A DNA stretch of 64,000 bases, taken from assembly GCA_910589375.1 (NCBI GenBank), contig CAJUTK010000002.1, forward strand, positions 195,133-259,132, in the 5' to 3' direction. Position 1 is the first letter of the stretch. Each line of letters opens with the position of its first letter. Of the stretch, positions 11,161 to 20,732 are shown one piece after another. The notes under the pieces are model-generated. The model saw only the letters and a list, made by a program, of their open reading frames with translations. It was not told the origin of the DNA and searched no databases. Position numbers and translations under genes: made by a program. Origin of the DNA: an uncultured Bacilli bacterium (GTDB lineage: Bacteria > Bacillota_I > Bacilli_A > RF39 > UBA660).

Positions 11161-12053
11161 TGGGAAAGAAAAAGAAGGAAGAAAAAGTAGAAAGATTTCC
11201 TATTGATGCAGAAGTTGCTAATTTCGAGTCTAAGTATACTAAAATTATGCCTTTTATAGATGCTTCTTTAGTAAGAAGATTATATGAGTCATCTATTCCA
11301 AATGATATTAGGGAAAACGGTGTTAGTTGGAATATTACTGCTAATTTTACAGTAGAAAAGAAATTCTTTTTAGCGATTAAAGAATTAATTTTAGAAGGAG
11401 ATATTGATTTAGAGATTGCTATTATAGATCAGTTTATGTCTATCGGCCGAATGCTAATTAAAAAGTTAGGCTATACAGGAGATGATATTGATAATAAAGT
11501 AGAGACAGCAATTACTTTAGCAATTGAAAATTATCCAGGACAGGATGGTTTTAAAAGTACTTTATTAAAAGAATTGAAAGTTATTGTAAAAGGTAAAAAA
11601 GAAGAGTCTTTATCTCATATACCAACAACTTCAATAGAAACAGAGAAAAATGTTCCTTCCTTAGAAGGAATAGAATCAGAAAGCTTTGAAGTAAGAGAAC
11701 CTTTAGAGCAAGCAGAGCCTTCCAACCAGACATTGCAAACCCAAGAAATAGTACTTCCAGCTGATGGTAAGTTAAGAGTACCTACTTCTTTGGATCAATT
11801 ACTTTTCAATATTGATATATTAAGAGTTTCCCCATTAGAAGATCAAGACTATATTAAATTTTTAACGCTAAAATATGGATATTATGGTGAACAATTCTAT
11901 TCTTTAGGTGAAATTAGTGAAATTCTATCTTTACCAAAAGAAAAGGTAAGAGAATATTATTTACAATCTTTACAATTCGTGAAAGACTGGTTTGGATTAC
12001 AATTAGAACGTTATTATACTTATTTAAAAAAGAACACAAAAGAGAATGATTAA
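11160..12053 (+). CDS. hypothetical protein with a sigma region-4-like C-terminus, translationally coupled to the sigma gene
   Basis: Its ATG overlaps the sigA stop (TAATG). The C-terminal LKYGYYGEQFYSLGEISEILSLPKEKVREYYLQSLQF resembles the sigma-70 region 4 HTH. Confidence 0.55.
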   Translation: MGKKKKEEKVERFPIDAEVANFESKYTKIMPFIDASLVRRLYESSIPNDIRENGVSWNITANFTVEKKFFLAIKELILEGDIDLEIAIIDQFMSIGRMLIKKLGYTGDDIDNKVETAITLAIENYPGQDGFKSTLLKELKVIVKGKKEESLSHIPTTSIETEKNVPSLEGIESESFEVREPLEQAEPSNQTLQTQEIVLPADGKLRVPTSLDQLLFNIDILRVSPLEDQDYIKFLTLKYGYYGEQFYSLGEISEILSLPKEKVREYYLQSLQFVKDWFGLQLERYYTYLKKNTKEND

Positions 12054-12065
12054 TCATTCTCTTTT
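12038..12065. terminator. perfect 13 bp inverted repeat (AAAAGAGAATGAT-TA-ATCATTCTCTTTT), bidirectional terminator spanning both convergent stop codons
   Basis: Seen directly in the sequence. The + gene's TAA (12051-12053) and the - gene's TAA (12050-12052) both lie in the palindrome centre. Confidence 0.6.
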
Positions 12066-14029
12066 ATTGTAGGAATTAAATCTTCTAAATTTTCTTGTTT
12101 ATAAGTAGGCTCTGTTCCTTTTATGTAATAGAACATAGTAGCATTTTTATCTTTTTCTTTCGCTATATTACCAGAAATAGGGTTGACTAAGGTACCAACT
12201 ACGTTTTCAGGAATAGAATACCAGTTAACTTCTTTATCCTTTAAATAATTTTCGGCAATATCTCTCCACATATATCGCAAATCTTTTCCATTTTTTACTT
12301 CTGTAGGAGTACTATCATCATTTCCACTCCAAATTCCTATTACAATATTAGCGTTATACCCAAATATTAAGTGATCATTATCAGTAGTTCCTGTTTTAAT
12401 AGCGTACTTATGAGTTAAAGTAGAGGTAATATCATAGCAGGTAGGATAATTGTAATCAATAAAATGGTAGTTATAAGTACTTGTTAATGCCTCATTTAAT
12501 ATATAAGTAAGACTACTATTTAAAGTAGGTTCTTTAGTATTTTTATTTTCATATAGTATATTTCCTTCCATGTCTTCTACTTTAGCAATTAGTTTTCCTT
12601 CTACTCGATATCCTAAGTTAGCAAAAGTTGCATAGGCCTGCACCATTTCAAAAAGAGTGATTTCTCCACTTCCAAGAGCAAGAGAAGGGACTGCCTGCAA
12701 ATCAGATTTAATACCTAATCTATTTGCCATTTCTACTAACGTTTTCTCACCTAGAAATAAGTGTGTTTTAACAGCATAAATATTATCACTGTAGGCAAGG
12801 GCAGCAGCCATTGTAATAGCTTTTCCGCCATATTTATTATTATAATTAGAAGGACTATAAGTTTTATTTTCAGAGAAAACGAAGGTTGTTTTCTCACTTG
12901 TAAAAGTAGTAGATTCTGTAAATCCATTTTCAAGAGCAGCATAATATAGAAATGGTTTCATAGTAGAACCGACTTGTCTTTTAGCATTGATAGCACGATT
13001 ATACTGGCTCGTTGAGTAGTTTCTTCCTCCAGTAAGAGCAATTACATGACCATTTTCTGGATCCATCATAATAGCAGATAACTGTATATCATCATCTTTA
13101 ATATTATCATCCATAGCTTTTTCTAAAATTGTTTGAGCATTTAAATCTAAGTATGTATATACTTTAAGACCTCCTGTTTCTAAAAAGGTCTTTGGTATTT
13201 CTTTTAAACTCTTTAATTCAGTCATAACAGCATCTTGATAATACATCAATGTCTTTAATTCATTTTCTTCCATTGTTCCATAGTAAGTAAGGCTACAGTT
13301 AATAGCATCATCCTTTTCTTCTTCTGAAATCATACTCTCTCGTACCATACTAGAAAGAACTAACGCTTGTCTTTCTTTTGCTTTTTCTTCATTTACAAGA
13401 GGGGAGTAATGAGAAGGAGATTTTGGAATACCTACTAAAATAGACGCTTCTGCAAGTGTTAAATCCTTAGCATGTTTATGAAAATAGTATTTACTAGCAT
13501 TTTCAATTCCATAAATTCCTCCATAATTGATAGTATTTAGATAAGCTTCCAAAATTTCATCTTTAGAATATTGGGTTTCAAGCTGTATGGTAAGCCATGC
13601 TTCTTTTATTTTTCGCTCCCACGTTTTATCGAATGTTAAAAAGAGATTTTTAGATAATTGTTGACTGATAGTAGAGGCACCTTGTTTTTTAGAGCCACTT
13701 TTTAAATTGATATAAAGGGACTTAGCAATTCTTAAATAGTCAAAGCCGCTATGTTTATAAAAATTTTTATCTTCTATTGCAATAGTAGCATCAATTACAA
13801 AAGGAGAGATATCATCTAATGATACCCAAGTGTCACTTAATCCTTCAACTAAATCACCATTTATATCATAAAAATAGAACTCATTAGCATTTTCTATTAC
13901 TAATTTAGTTCCATACTTTGCATAAAAATAAAGACCAAAGTAAAAAATAAAACCGAGGCCAATTATAAAAAGACTGATTTTGCATAGTCTTTTCCACCAT
14001 TTTTTCTTTCGTTTCATACCATCACTCAA
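12050..14029 (-). CDS. class A penicillin-binding protein (PBP1A-type transglycosylase/transpeptidase)
   Basis: N-terminal TM anchor. GT51 motifs (IEDKNFYKHSGFD, RIAKS). Transpeptidase STMKPF (SxxK). 659 aa. Confidence 0.85.
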   Translation of the reverse strand: MSDGMKRKKKWWKRLCKISLFIIGLGFIFYFGLYFYAKYGTKLVIENANEFYFYDINGDLVEGLSDTWVSLDDISPFVIDATIAIEDKNFYKHSGFDYLRIAKSLYINLKSGSKKQGASTISQQLSKNLFLTFDKTWERKIKEAWLTIQLETQYSKDEILEAYLNTINYGGIYGIENASKYYFHKHAKDLTLAEASILVGIPKSPSHYSPLVNEEKAKERQALVLSSMVRESMISEEEKDDAINCSLTYYGTMEENELKTLMYYQDAVMTELKSLKEIPKTFLETGGLKVYTYLDLNAQTILEKAMDDNIKDDDIQLSAIMMDPENGHVIALTGGRNYSTSQYNRAINAKRQVGSTMKPFLYYAALENGFTESTTFTSEKTTFVFSENKTYSPSNYNNKYGGKAITMAAALAYSDNIYAVKTHLFLGEKTLVEMANRLGIKSDLQAVPSLALGSGEITLFEMVQAYATFANLGYRVEGKLIAKVEDMEGNILYENKNTKEPTLNSSLTYILNEALTSTYNYHFIDYNYPTCYDITSTLTHKYAIKTGTTDNDHLIFGYNANIVIGIWSGNDDSTPTEVKNGKDLRYMWRDIAENYLKDKEVNWYSIPENVVGTLVNPISGNIAKEKDKNATMFYYIKGTEPTYKQENLEDLIPTIKEND

Positions 14030-14105
14030 TTCTTTTTTTAGTATTTGAAGAAAATAGAAAAATATGAGTGCAATTTCTAATAAAGTATGCTATAATGTTT
14101 GAGAG

Positions 14106-14456
14106 TTGATTGATATGGCTAAGAAAACGATTAAAATCCTTTTAAAAACAAAGGAAAATGAAATTTTATCAACTTGCCAAGCATTGGTACAAAAAAGTTC
14201 TATACAATATATAGAAAATGATTGTAAAATGAATTTATATTTTACAAAAGATGTTGTTAAAATGTTAAGGAAAAATAAGGAATATGAAATTTTCTTTGAA
14301 TTTCAAAAAAAGAATGCTAGTGGATTTATTAAACTGGTAACAGGAGAACAAATAGCATTAGATATCTCTTTAAAAAAATTAGAAGTAACAGATACTAAAA
14401 TCTTTATTTCCTATCAATTAAATGAAGAAGAATATGAATATTCCATTAATTATTAG
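14106..14456 (+). CDS. small hypothetical protein upstream of argS (YwiB/DUF1934-like by position)
   Basis: 116 aa. B. subtilis has ywiB-argS in the same arrangement. No motif confirmed. Confidence 0.45.
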   Translation: MIDMAKKTIKILLKTKENEILSTCQALVQKSSIQYIENDCKMNLYFTKDVVKMLRKNKEYEIFFEFQKKNASGFIKLVTGEQIALDISLKKLEVTDTKIFISYQLNEEEYEYSINY

Positions 14457-14464
14457 GAGGTATT

Positions 14465-16168
14465 ATGGTAGTAAATGAATTAGAAAATATATTACTTGCA
14501 GTAGCAAAAAAGTTAGGATATTCAACAGAAAGTATGAGAGTTATCCTATCTAACCGACCTGATTTATGTGATTATCAATGTGATGAAGTTTTTAAATTAG
14601 CAAAATCTGCTCATAAAAATCCAATAGAGATTGGGGAATCTTTAGTGGAAGAAGTAAGAAAAATAGATAATTTTTCTGATTATTTTGATAGTGTTGAGTT
14701 TGTGAAACCTGGCTTTATTAATATGACCTTAAGTTCATCTTTTATTAATAGAATATTAAGTGCAATGTACTCTAATCCTAAATTTAATTTAGGAGAGCCA
14801 GAAAAAAAAGAGACTGTAGTTCTTGATTATGGTGGACCAAATGTTGCTAAACCTTTACATGTTGGTCACATGAGAACTGCTATAGTAGGAGAGTCTATTA
14901 AAAGAATTCTTAATTTTGCTGGGCATAAGACCATAGCAGATGTACATTTAGGTGATTATGGTCTTCAAATAGGACAAGTTATCTATGGAGTTCAGAAAGA
15001 AAGTATTGCCCTTGATAATTTAACAATAGGGGATTTAGATAGAATTTATCCAGCTATGAGTGCATTATGCAAAGAAGATGAAGAAGTAAAGAATAAGTGT
15101 GCAGAAATTACAAAAGAACTACAAGATGGTAATTTAGAATATAGAGAAATGTGGAAGAAGATTTGTGAAATTTCTTCTGAAGATATTTTGGGAATTTACA
15201 AATATTTAGATGTTTCTTTTGATTTATGGTATGGTGAAAGTGACGCTTATCCATATATTCCAAAAGTAGAGTCTATTATGAAAGAAAAAAATTTGCTACA
15301 AGAAAGTGAAGGAGCAATTATAGTAGATGTCTCTAAAGAAACAGACAAGAAAGAAGTTCCTCCTCTAGTATTTCAAAAAAGTAATGGTGCTTATTTATAC
15401 GCTACTACTGATTTAGCAACTATTCAAGAGAGGATGGAAGATTTTAACCCAGATAAGATTCTCTATATAACAGATAGTAGACAGAGTCTTCATTTTGAAC
15501 AAGTATTTAGAGCTGCAGATTTAGCGGGTATCGCTCCGTATTCTATTTTTGAACATTTAGGATATGGAACAGTTAATGGTAGTGATGGAAAACCATATAA
15601 AACAAGAAATGGAGATTCTCCAAAGCTTCAATATTTATTTGATCAAGCAAAAGAGGTATTGATTTCTAAAAAAGAAACAAATGCAGATATGCAAGATGAA
15701 GATGTAGATAAAATAGTAAATGCGATTTTAAAGTTTGCAGATTTACAAAATAATAGAGAAAGAGATTATATCTTCGATATTAGTAAATTCTCAGAAGTAG
15801 TTGGTAAAACTGGACCTTATATTTTATATACTTATCTTAGAATTGAAAAAATTATTCAAAATATTTCTATAGATAATCATAAAATATCAAACAATATATA
15901 TAATAATTATGACCGTGATTTACGTCTTAAATTGTTAGAGTTTCCGGTAGCATTTAAAAACGCTTTAGAATATCGTATGCCGAACTATTTGGCAGATTAT
16001 GTATATGATATCTGTGTACTTACAAATGCTTTCTATCAAAATAATCATATTAATGGATTAGAGGACGAGGAAAAGAAATTAGATTGGGTTTTCCTACTTA
16101 CTTTAACAAATCGTATGATTAAAGAAATGTTATCTTTGTTAGTAATAAATATACCTACAGTAATGTAG
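14465..16168 (+). CDS. argS: arginyl-tRNA synthetase
   Basis: Class I aaRS with HVGH (PLHVGHMRTAIVG) and a C-terminal DALR-type anticodon-binding domain. 567 aa. RBS AGGAGG. Confidence 0.9.
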   Translation: MVVNELENILLAVAKKLGYSTESMRVILSNRPDLCDYQCDEVFKLAKSAHKNPIEIGESLVEEVRKIDNFSDYFDSVEFVKPGFINMTLSSSFINRILSAMYSNPKFNLGEPEKKETVVLDYGGPNVAKPLHVGHMRTAIVGESIKRILNFAGHKTIADVHLGDYGLQIGQVIYGVQKESIALDNLTIGDLDRIYPAMSALCKEDEEVKNKCAEITKELQDGNLEYREMWKKICEISSEDILGIYKYLDVSFDLWYGESDAYPYIPKVESIMKEKNLLQESEGAIIVDVSKETDKKEVPPLVFQKSNGAYLYATTDLATIQERMEDFNPDKILYITDSRQSLHFEQVFRAADLAGIAPYSIFEHLGYGTVNGSDGKPYKTRNGDSPKLQYLFDQAKEVLISKKETNADMQDEDVDKIVNAILKFADLQNNRERDYIFDISKFSEVVGKTGPYILYTYLRIEKIIQNISIDNHKISNNIYNNYDRDLRLKLLEFPVAFKNALEYRMPNYLADYVYDICVLTNAFYQNNHINGLEDEEKKLDWVFLLTLTNRMIKEMLSLLVINIPTVM

Positions 16169-16185
16169 ATTGATGGAGGATGAAT

Positions 16186-16629
16186 ATGAGTTTAAAGAAA
16201 ATGACAAAGGAAGAATTGGAATTACTTTCTTATACAGATTTAACAGAAATGATTTTAGAGGAAAATAAGAAGGCTATGAATACACCCACTATTTTCCGAA
16301 CTATTTGTGATTTACTAGAACTAAGTGATAGTGATTATACAAATAAAATAGGAGATTTCTATACATCTCTTACAACTGATAAACGTTTTCTATTTTTAGA
16401 AGATAGTGCTGAATGGGATTTAAAAGATAGACATGTAATCGACATTGTTGTAACAGACGACGATGAAGAGGAAGAAATAGAACCAGAAGAAGAGGAAGAC
16501 ATTGAGCCTGAAGAAGATAATTTTGAAGAAGATATCGATGCGGTAAATGATGAAGATGATTTAGATGATGGTGATGATGATCTAGATGATTTAGTTGTTA
16601 TGAGCGAAGATGAATTAGAAGAAAATTAA
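16186..16629 (+). CDS. rpoE: RNA polymerase delta subunit
   Basis: The N-terminal domain aligns with B. subtilis RpoE (LTEMILEENKKAMNTPTIFRTICDLL ... DFYTSLTTDKRFLFLEDSAEW). It is followed by a very acidic D/E-rich tail. Confidence 0.8.
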   Translation: MSLKKMTKEELELLSYTDLTEMILEENKKAMNTPTIFRTICDLLELSDSDYTNKIGDFYTSLTTDKRFLFLEDSAEWDLKDRHVIDIVVTDDDEEEEIEPEEEEDIEPEEDNFEEDIDAVNDEDDLDDGDDDLDDLVVMSEDELEEN

Positions 16630-16750
16630 AAAATATTTATCTGGAAAGTGACTATGATTTTATAGTTGCTTTTTATTTGTAAAAGGTATTTCTCTTGTGT
16701 TTTAGGCATAAATATAGTATAATTTGAAAAGAAATGAAAGGAAGATTTTC

Positions 16751-17806
16751 ATGATTGAAAGGTTAAAAGCCATTGAAACAAGATATTTAGAATTGCAAGA
16801 AGAACTAATGAAACCAGAAGTATTTTCAGATATTAAAAAAGCAACAGAATTAACTAAAGAACAGGCATCTTTAAAAGAGGCTTATGAAGCCTATCAAGAA
16901 TATAAAAGCATTTTAACAAACCTAGAAGATGCGAAGAGTATGATGAAAGATCCTGAACTTGGAGAAATGGCAAAAGAAGAATATGAAACTTTAAGTGAGA
17001 GAAAGACAAAATTAGAAAGTGATTTTGAAATTATTCTTTTACCAAAAGATCCTAATGATGGAAAAGATGTTATTGTAGAAATTAGAGGCGCAGCAGGGGG
17101 AGATGAAGCGAATATCTTTGCTGGTGACTTATATAGAATGTATTCTTATTATGCAGAATCTCAAGGTTGGAAAGTAGAAGAGATAAATGCTGAGGAAGGA
17201 ACTGCTGGAGGATACTCACAAGTAGAATTTAGAGTTAAGGGAGATAATGTTTATTCTAAATTAAAATATGAATCAGGATCTCACCGTGTACAAAGAGTTC
17301 CAGAAACAGAATCCCAAGGAAGAATTCAAACTTCTACTGCTACTGTTCTTGTTATGCCAGAAGTAGAAGATGTTGATATTGAAATTAAAGATAATGATTT
17401 AAGAATTGATGTTTATTGTGCGAGTGGGCATGGTGGACAGGGAGTTAATACAACTCCATCTGCAGTACGTATTACACACTTACCAACCAATACAGTTGTT
17501 ACTTGTCAAAATCAAAGAAGTCAAATTCAAAATAAAGCAGAAGCTATGCAAGTATTAAAGGCTCGTCTTTATGAAGCAGAATTAGAACGCCAAGAAGCAG
17601 AAATTGGTAGTGAAAGAAGAAGTAAGATTGGTACAGGAGATCGATCAGAAAAAATCCGTACTTATAATTATCCACAAAATCGTGTAACAGACCATCGTAT
17701 AGGATTTTCTACTATGCAGTTACAAAGAGTAATGGATGGAGACTTAGAAGATATTATTGAAGCTTTAATCACAGAAGACCAAGCTAGAAAGTTAAGAGGG
17801 GAGTAA
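16751..17806 (+). CDS. prfA: peptide chain release factor 1
   Basis: RF1 N-terminus MIERLKAIETRY. GGQ motif (SGHGGQGVNTT). Followed by prmC. Confidence 0.9.
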   Translation: MIERLKAIETRYLELQEELMKPEVFSDIKKATELTKEQASLKEAYEAYQEYKSILTNLEDAKSMMKDPELGEMAKEEYETLSERKTKLESDFEIILLPKDPNDGKDVIVEIRGAAGGDEANIFAGDLYRMYSYYAESQGWKVEEINAEEGTAGGYSQVEFRVKGDNVYSKLKYESGSHRVQRVPETESQGRIQTSTATVLVMPEVEDVDIEIKDNDLRIDVYCASGHGGQGVNTTPSAVRITHLPTNTVVTCQNQRSQIQNKAEAMQVLKARLYEAELERQEAEIGSERRSKIGTGDRSEKIRTYNYPQNRVTDHRIGFSTMQLQRVMDGDLEDIIEALITEDQARKLRGE

Positions 17807-17822
17807 TCTCCTCCTATTTATT

Positions 17823-18566
17823 ATGAAGTATACAGAAGAAGAGTTAAAAGAATATAACAAAGAATATTTAAAAAAATATATTGATGAAGAAAAACTAGAG
17901 GATGGTCTTAAGAGATTGGAAAATGGAGAACCCGTTCAATATATCATTGGAAATGTAGATTTTTATGGATTTATTTTTGATGTGGATAGAAGAGTATTAA
18001 TTCCTAGGTTTGAAACAGAAGAATTAGTAGAAAAAACAATAAAATATATAAAGGACCATTTTGATGAAGATATATCTATCATAGATTTAGGAACAGGTAG
18101 TGGTTGTATTGCGATTACTCTAAAGAAGATATTACCAAATAGTACTGTAATGGCAGTAGATATTTCTAAAGATGCTTTAGAAGCTGCTAGTCATAATGCG
18201 TCTAAATTGGAAGCAGAAATAATATTTAAAAAGAATGATATGTTACACGATATAGAAGGTAAATTTGATGTCATTATTAGTAATCCTCCTTATATCGATT
18301 ATGAGGAAGAAATTATGGATGTTGTAAAAAATAATGAACCATCTATCGCTCTTTATGCAGATAATCATGGATTATGTTTTTATGAGGATATATTAAAAAA
18401 TTGTCCTAAAAATTTAAAAGATAAATTTTTAATAGCATTTGAAATTGGTCAAACACAAGGAGAGGAAATTAAAAAATTAGCGTATCAGTATTTAAAAAAT
18501 ATAGAAGTTAAAGTAGAAAAAGATATGAAAGGATTAGATAGATTTGTTTTTATAACAAATAGATAA
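17823..18566 (+). CDS. prmC: release factor glutamine N5-methyltransferase (HemK/PrmC)
   Basis: NPPY motif (ISNPPYI). SAM motif DLGTGSGCIAI. Located downstream of prfA. Confidence 0.8.
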   Translation: MKYTEEELKEYNKEYLKKYIDEEKLEDGLKRLENGEPVQYIIGNVDFYGFIFDVDRRVLIPRFETEELVEKTIKYIKDHFDEDISIIDLGTGSGCIAITLKKILPNSTVMAVDISKDALEAASHNASKLEAEIIFKKNDMLHDIEGKFDVIISNPPYIDYEEEIMDVVKNNEPSIALYADNHGLCFYEDILKNCPKNLKDKFLIAFEIGQTQGEEIKKLAYQYLKNIEVKVEKDMKGLDRFVFITNR

Positions 18567-18575
18567 GGTAATAGT

Positions 18576-19205
18576 ATGAAAGCAATTATTTTTGATTTAG
18601 ATGGAACCTTATGGGATGTTGTAGATACTGCTTTTGAAAGTGTAAATGTAGTAGCGAATAAATATTCATTGGATCCAATTAGTAGAGAAACAGTAGTAAA
18701 GGCTATGGGAAAAACAATGCCTGAATGTGCAGCTATTTATATGCCTACTATAGAAGAAGAAAAAAGACTTTCTATTATGCAAGAAATGTTAGAATACAAT
18801 GTAAAAAGATTATCTATGATAGGAGGTAAGTGCTATCCAAGATTAGAAGAAACTGTAAGAGAATTACAAAAGAAACATCTACTTGGAATTGTAAGCAACT
18901 GTGGATCTGGTTATATTGAATCATTTCTTTCAACTTCTGGTTTAGAACAATATTTTCCTTATTTTATTGCTGCTAGTAAAGAAAAAATTAGTAAGGGAAA
19001 TGCAATAAGAAAGATGATGGATAGTATGCAGGTAGATAAGGCAGTCTATGTAGGGGATACTAGTAAGGATTTAGAAGCTAGTAATGAAGCAGGCATTCCC
19101 TTTATTCATGCGAAGTATGGTTTTGAACCAGGTTTAGGAACACAATATGCTATTTCCAAGATAGAAGAATTACCTAAACTTTTAGAAGAAAAATACATAT
19201 TATAA
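18576..19205 (+). CDS. HAD-superfamily hydrolase
   Basis: DxDGT motif (IIFDLDGTLWD) and C-terminal GDTSKD motifs. Confidence 0.65.
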   Translation: MKAIIFDLDGTLWDVVDTAFESVNVVANKYSLDPISRETVVKAMGKTMPECAAIYMPTIEEEKRLSIMQEMLEYNVKRLSMIGGKCYPRLEETVRELQKKHLLGIVSNCGSGYIESFLSTSGLEQYFPYFIAASKEKISKGNAIRKMMDSMQVDKAVYVGDTSKDLEASNEAGIPFIHAKYGFEPGLGTQYAISKIEELPKLLEEKYIL

Positions 19206-19416
19206 ATGTATTTTTTTTATTTTGACATATAACGACAAAGCTGATGTTTTATTTGTGGTAAAATTATCGAAATAAGGGGAAACAAAATAGTTGAAGTAAT
19301 GGATAAAGAAAATGATGAGTGTAACTTATTGATAAATAAACTAAATAACATTATAAAATAGGGTTATAATCCCTTTTTTTGATACTTCATTTGTGTTATA
19401 ATTGATTCATTAGTAG

Positions 19417-20112
19417 GTGAATAGTATGGATGAATTTTTAAGAAAACAATTATCAAGTGAACAAAGAGAAAGATTGGCAAATGGAGAACCTATTCAAAAG
19501 GTACTAAAAGAAGTAGATTTTTATGGTTATCCTATGGAAATAAACTTAAATGTATTAACCCCTAGTTTGGAAACTGAGGAATTAGTTTCTAAAACTTTAG
19601 CGAATCTTTATGGGTTTGATAATCCCCGTATTGTAGATATTGGTACAGGTAGTGGCTGTATTGCAATTGCTATTTCTAAAGAGATTCCTTCTATTGTAGA
19701 GGCTGTTGATATCAATCCAAAAGCTTTAGATATTGCAAAAAGAAATGCTAAGAGGAATTCCTCTGATGTTAGATTCTTAGAGGGAGATATGTTAAAGCCT
19801 TTAAAAGGAAAATATGATTGTATTGTATCTAATCCACCTTATCTTTCTTATGATTTAGATTCTATTAGTGTAGTAAAATCTACTCCTGTTTTAGCTCTTT
19901 TCGCAGGTGCTGAAGGTTTGGCTAGTTATGAAACGATTTTATCTAATTGTAAAGAGCACTTAAACGATAAGTTTTTAATCGCACTAGAAATTGGCGAATA
20001 TCAAAGTAAGAGATTACTTGAAAAAGTAAAGAAATATTTGCCAAATTCACGTGCTTGGATAGAAAAAGATATGAATGGAAAAGAAAGATTTTTATTTATC
20101 AGGGAGAAGTAA
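19417..20112 (+). CDS. second HemK-family protein N5-glutamine methyltransferase paralog (PrmC/PrmB-like)
   Basis: NPPY (VSNPPYL). DIGTGSGCIAIAI. N-terminus paralogous to prmC (NGEPIQ...VDFYG). Confidence 0.6.
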   Translation: MNSMDEFLRKQLSSEQRERLANGEPIQKVLKEVDFYGYPMEINLNVLTPSLETEELVSKTLANLYGFDNPRIVDIGTGSGCIAIAISKEIPSIVEAVDINPKALDIAKRNAKRNSSDVRFLEGDMLKPLKGKYDCIVSNPPYLSYDLDSISVVKSTPVLALFAGAEGLASYETILSNCKEHLNDKFLIALEIGEYQSKRLLEKVKKYLPNSRAWIEKDMNGKERFLFIREK

Positions 20113-20113
20113 T

Positions 20114-20731
20114 ATGGATTTATGGATGTATGAAAAAGAACTTTATGAAAAAGGTATTACAGTAATTGGTGGGGTAGATGAAGTAGGAAGAGGTCCACTG
20201 ATTGGTCCCGTAGTAACAGCTTGTGTAGTGCTTCCTTCTAATTTTGTATTAGAAGGACTCACTGATTCTAAAAAACTATCAGAGAAAAAAAGAGAAAAGT
20301 TTTATGATTATATAGTAGAAAACTGTACTGCTTATGCAGTAGGAGAATGTAGCCCAGAAGAAATTGATGAGTATAATATTTATGAAGCTACCAAGATTGC
20401 TATGAAAAGGGCAATTGATAAGGTTAATAAACAAATAAAGTTAGAACATATTTTAATTGATGCAATGCCTCTTGAAATAGAGATACCTACTACCTCTATT
20501 ATTAAGGGTGATGCTAAAAGTATTAGTATTGCAGCAGCTAGTGTGGTTGCAAAAGTAACTCGTGATCGTATGATGATAGAGCTTGATGGAAAGTATCCAG
20601 AATATGGATTTGCTAGTCATAAAGGCTATCCTACCAAGAAACACGTAGAAGCAATTCAAAAGTATGGATTAATAGAGGGTTATCGTAAAAGTTATGGACC
20701 GGTAAAAGAAGTATTAGAAAAGGGTGTGTAA
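20114..20731 (+). CDS. rnhB: ribonuclease HII
   Basis: VIGGVDEVGRGPLIGPVV catalytic motif. About 205 aa. RBS GGGAGAAG. Confidence 0.85.
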   Translation: MDLWMYEKELYEKGITVIGGVDEVGRGPLIGPVVTACVVLPSNFVLEGLTDSKKLSEKKREKFYDYIVENCTAYAVGECSPEEIDEYNIYEATKIAMKRAIDKVNKQIKLEHILIDAMPLEIEIPTTSIIKGDAKSISIAAASVVAKVTRDRMMIELDGKYPEYGFASHKGYPTKKHVEAIQKYGLIEGYRKSYGPVKEVLEKGV

Positions 20732-20732
20732 T

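Noticed and set aside
16440-16629. Repetitive GAA/GAT-rich DNA encoding an acidic tail
   Set aside because: It is the normal poly-acidic C-terminal domain of the RNA polymerase delta subunit, not a distinct repeat element.
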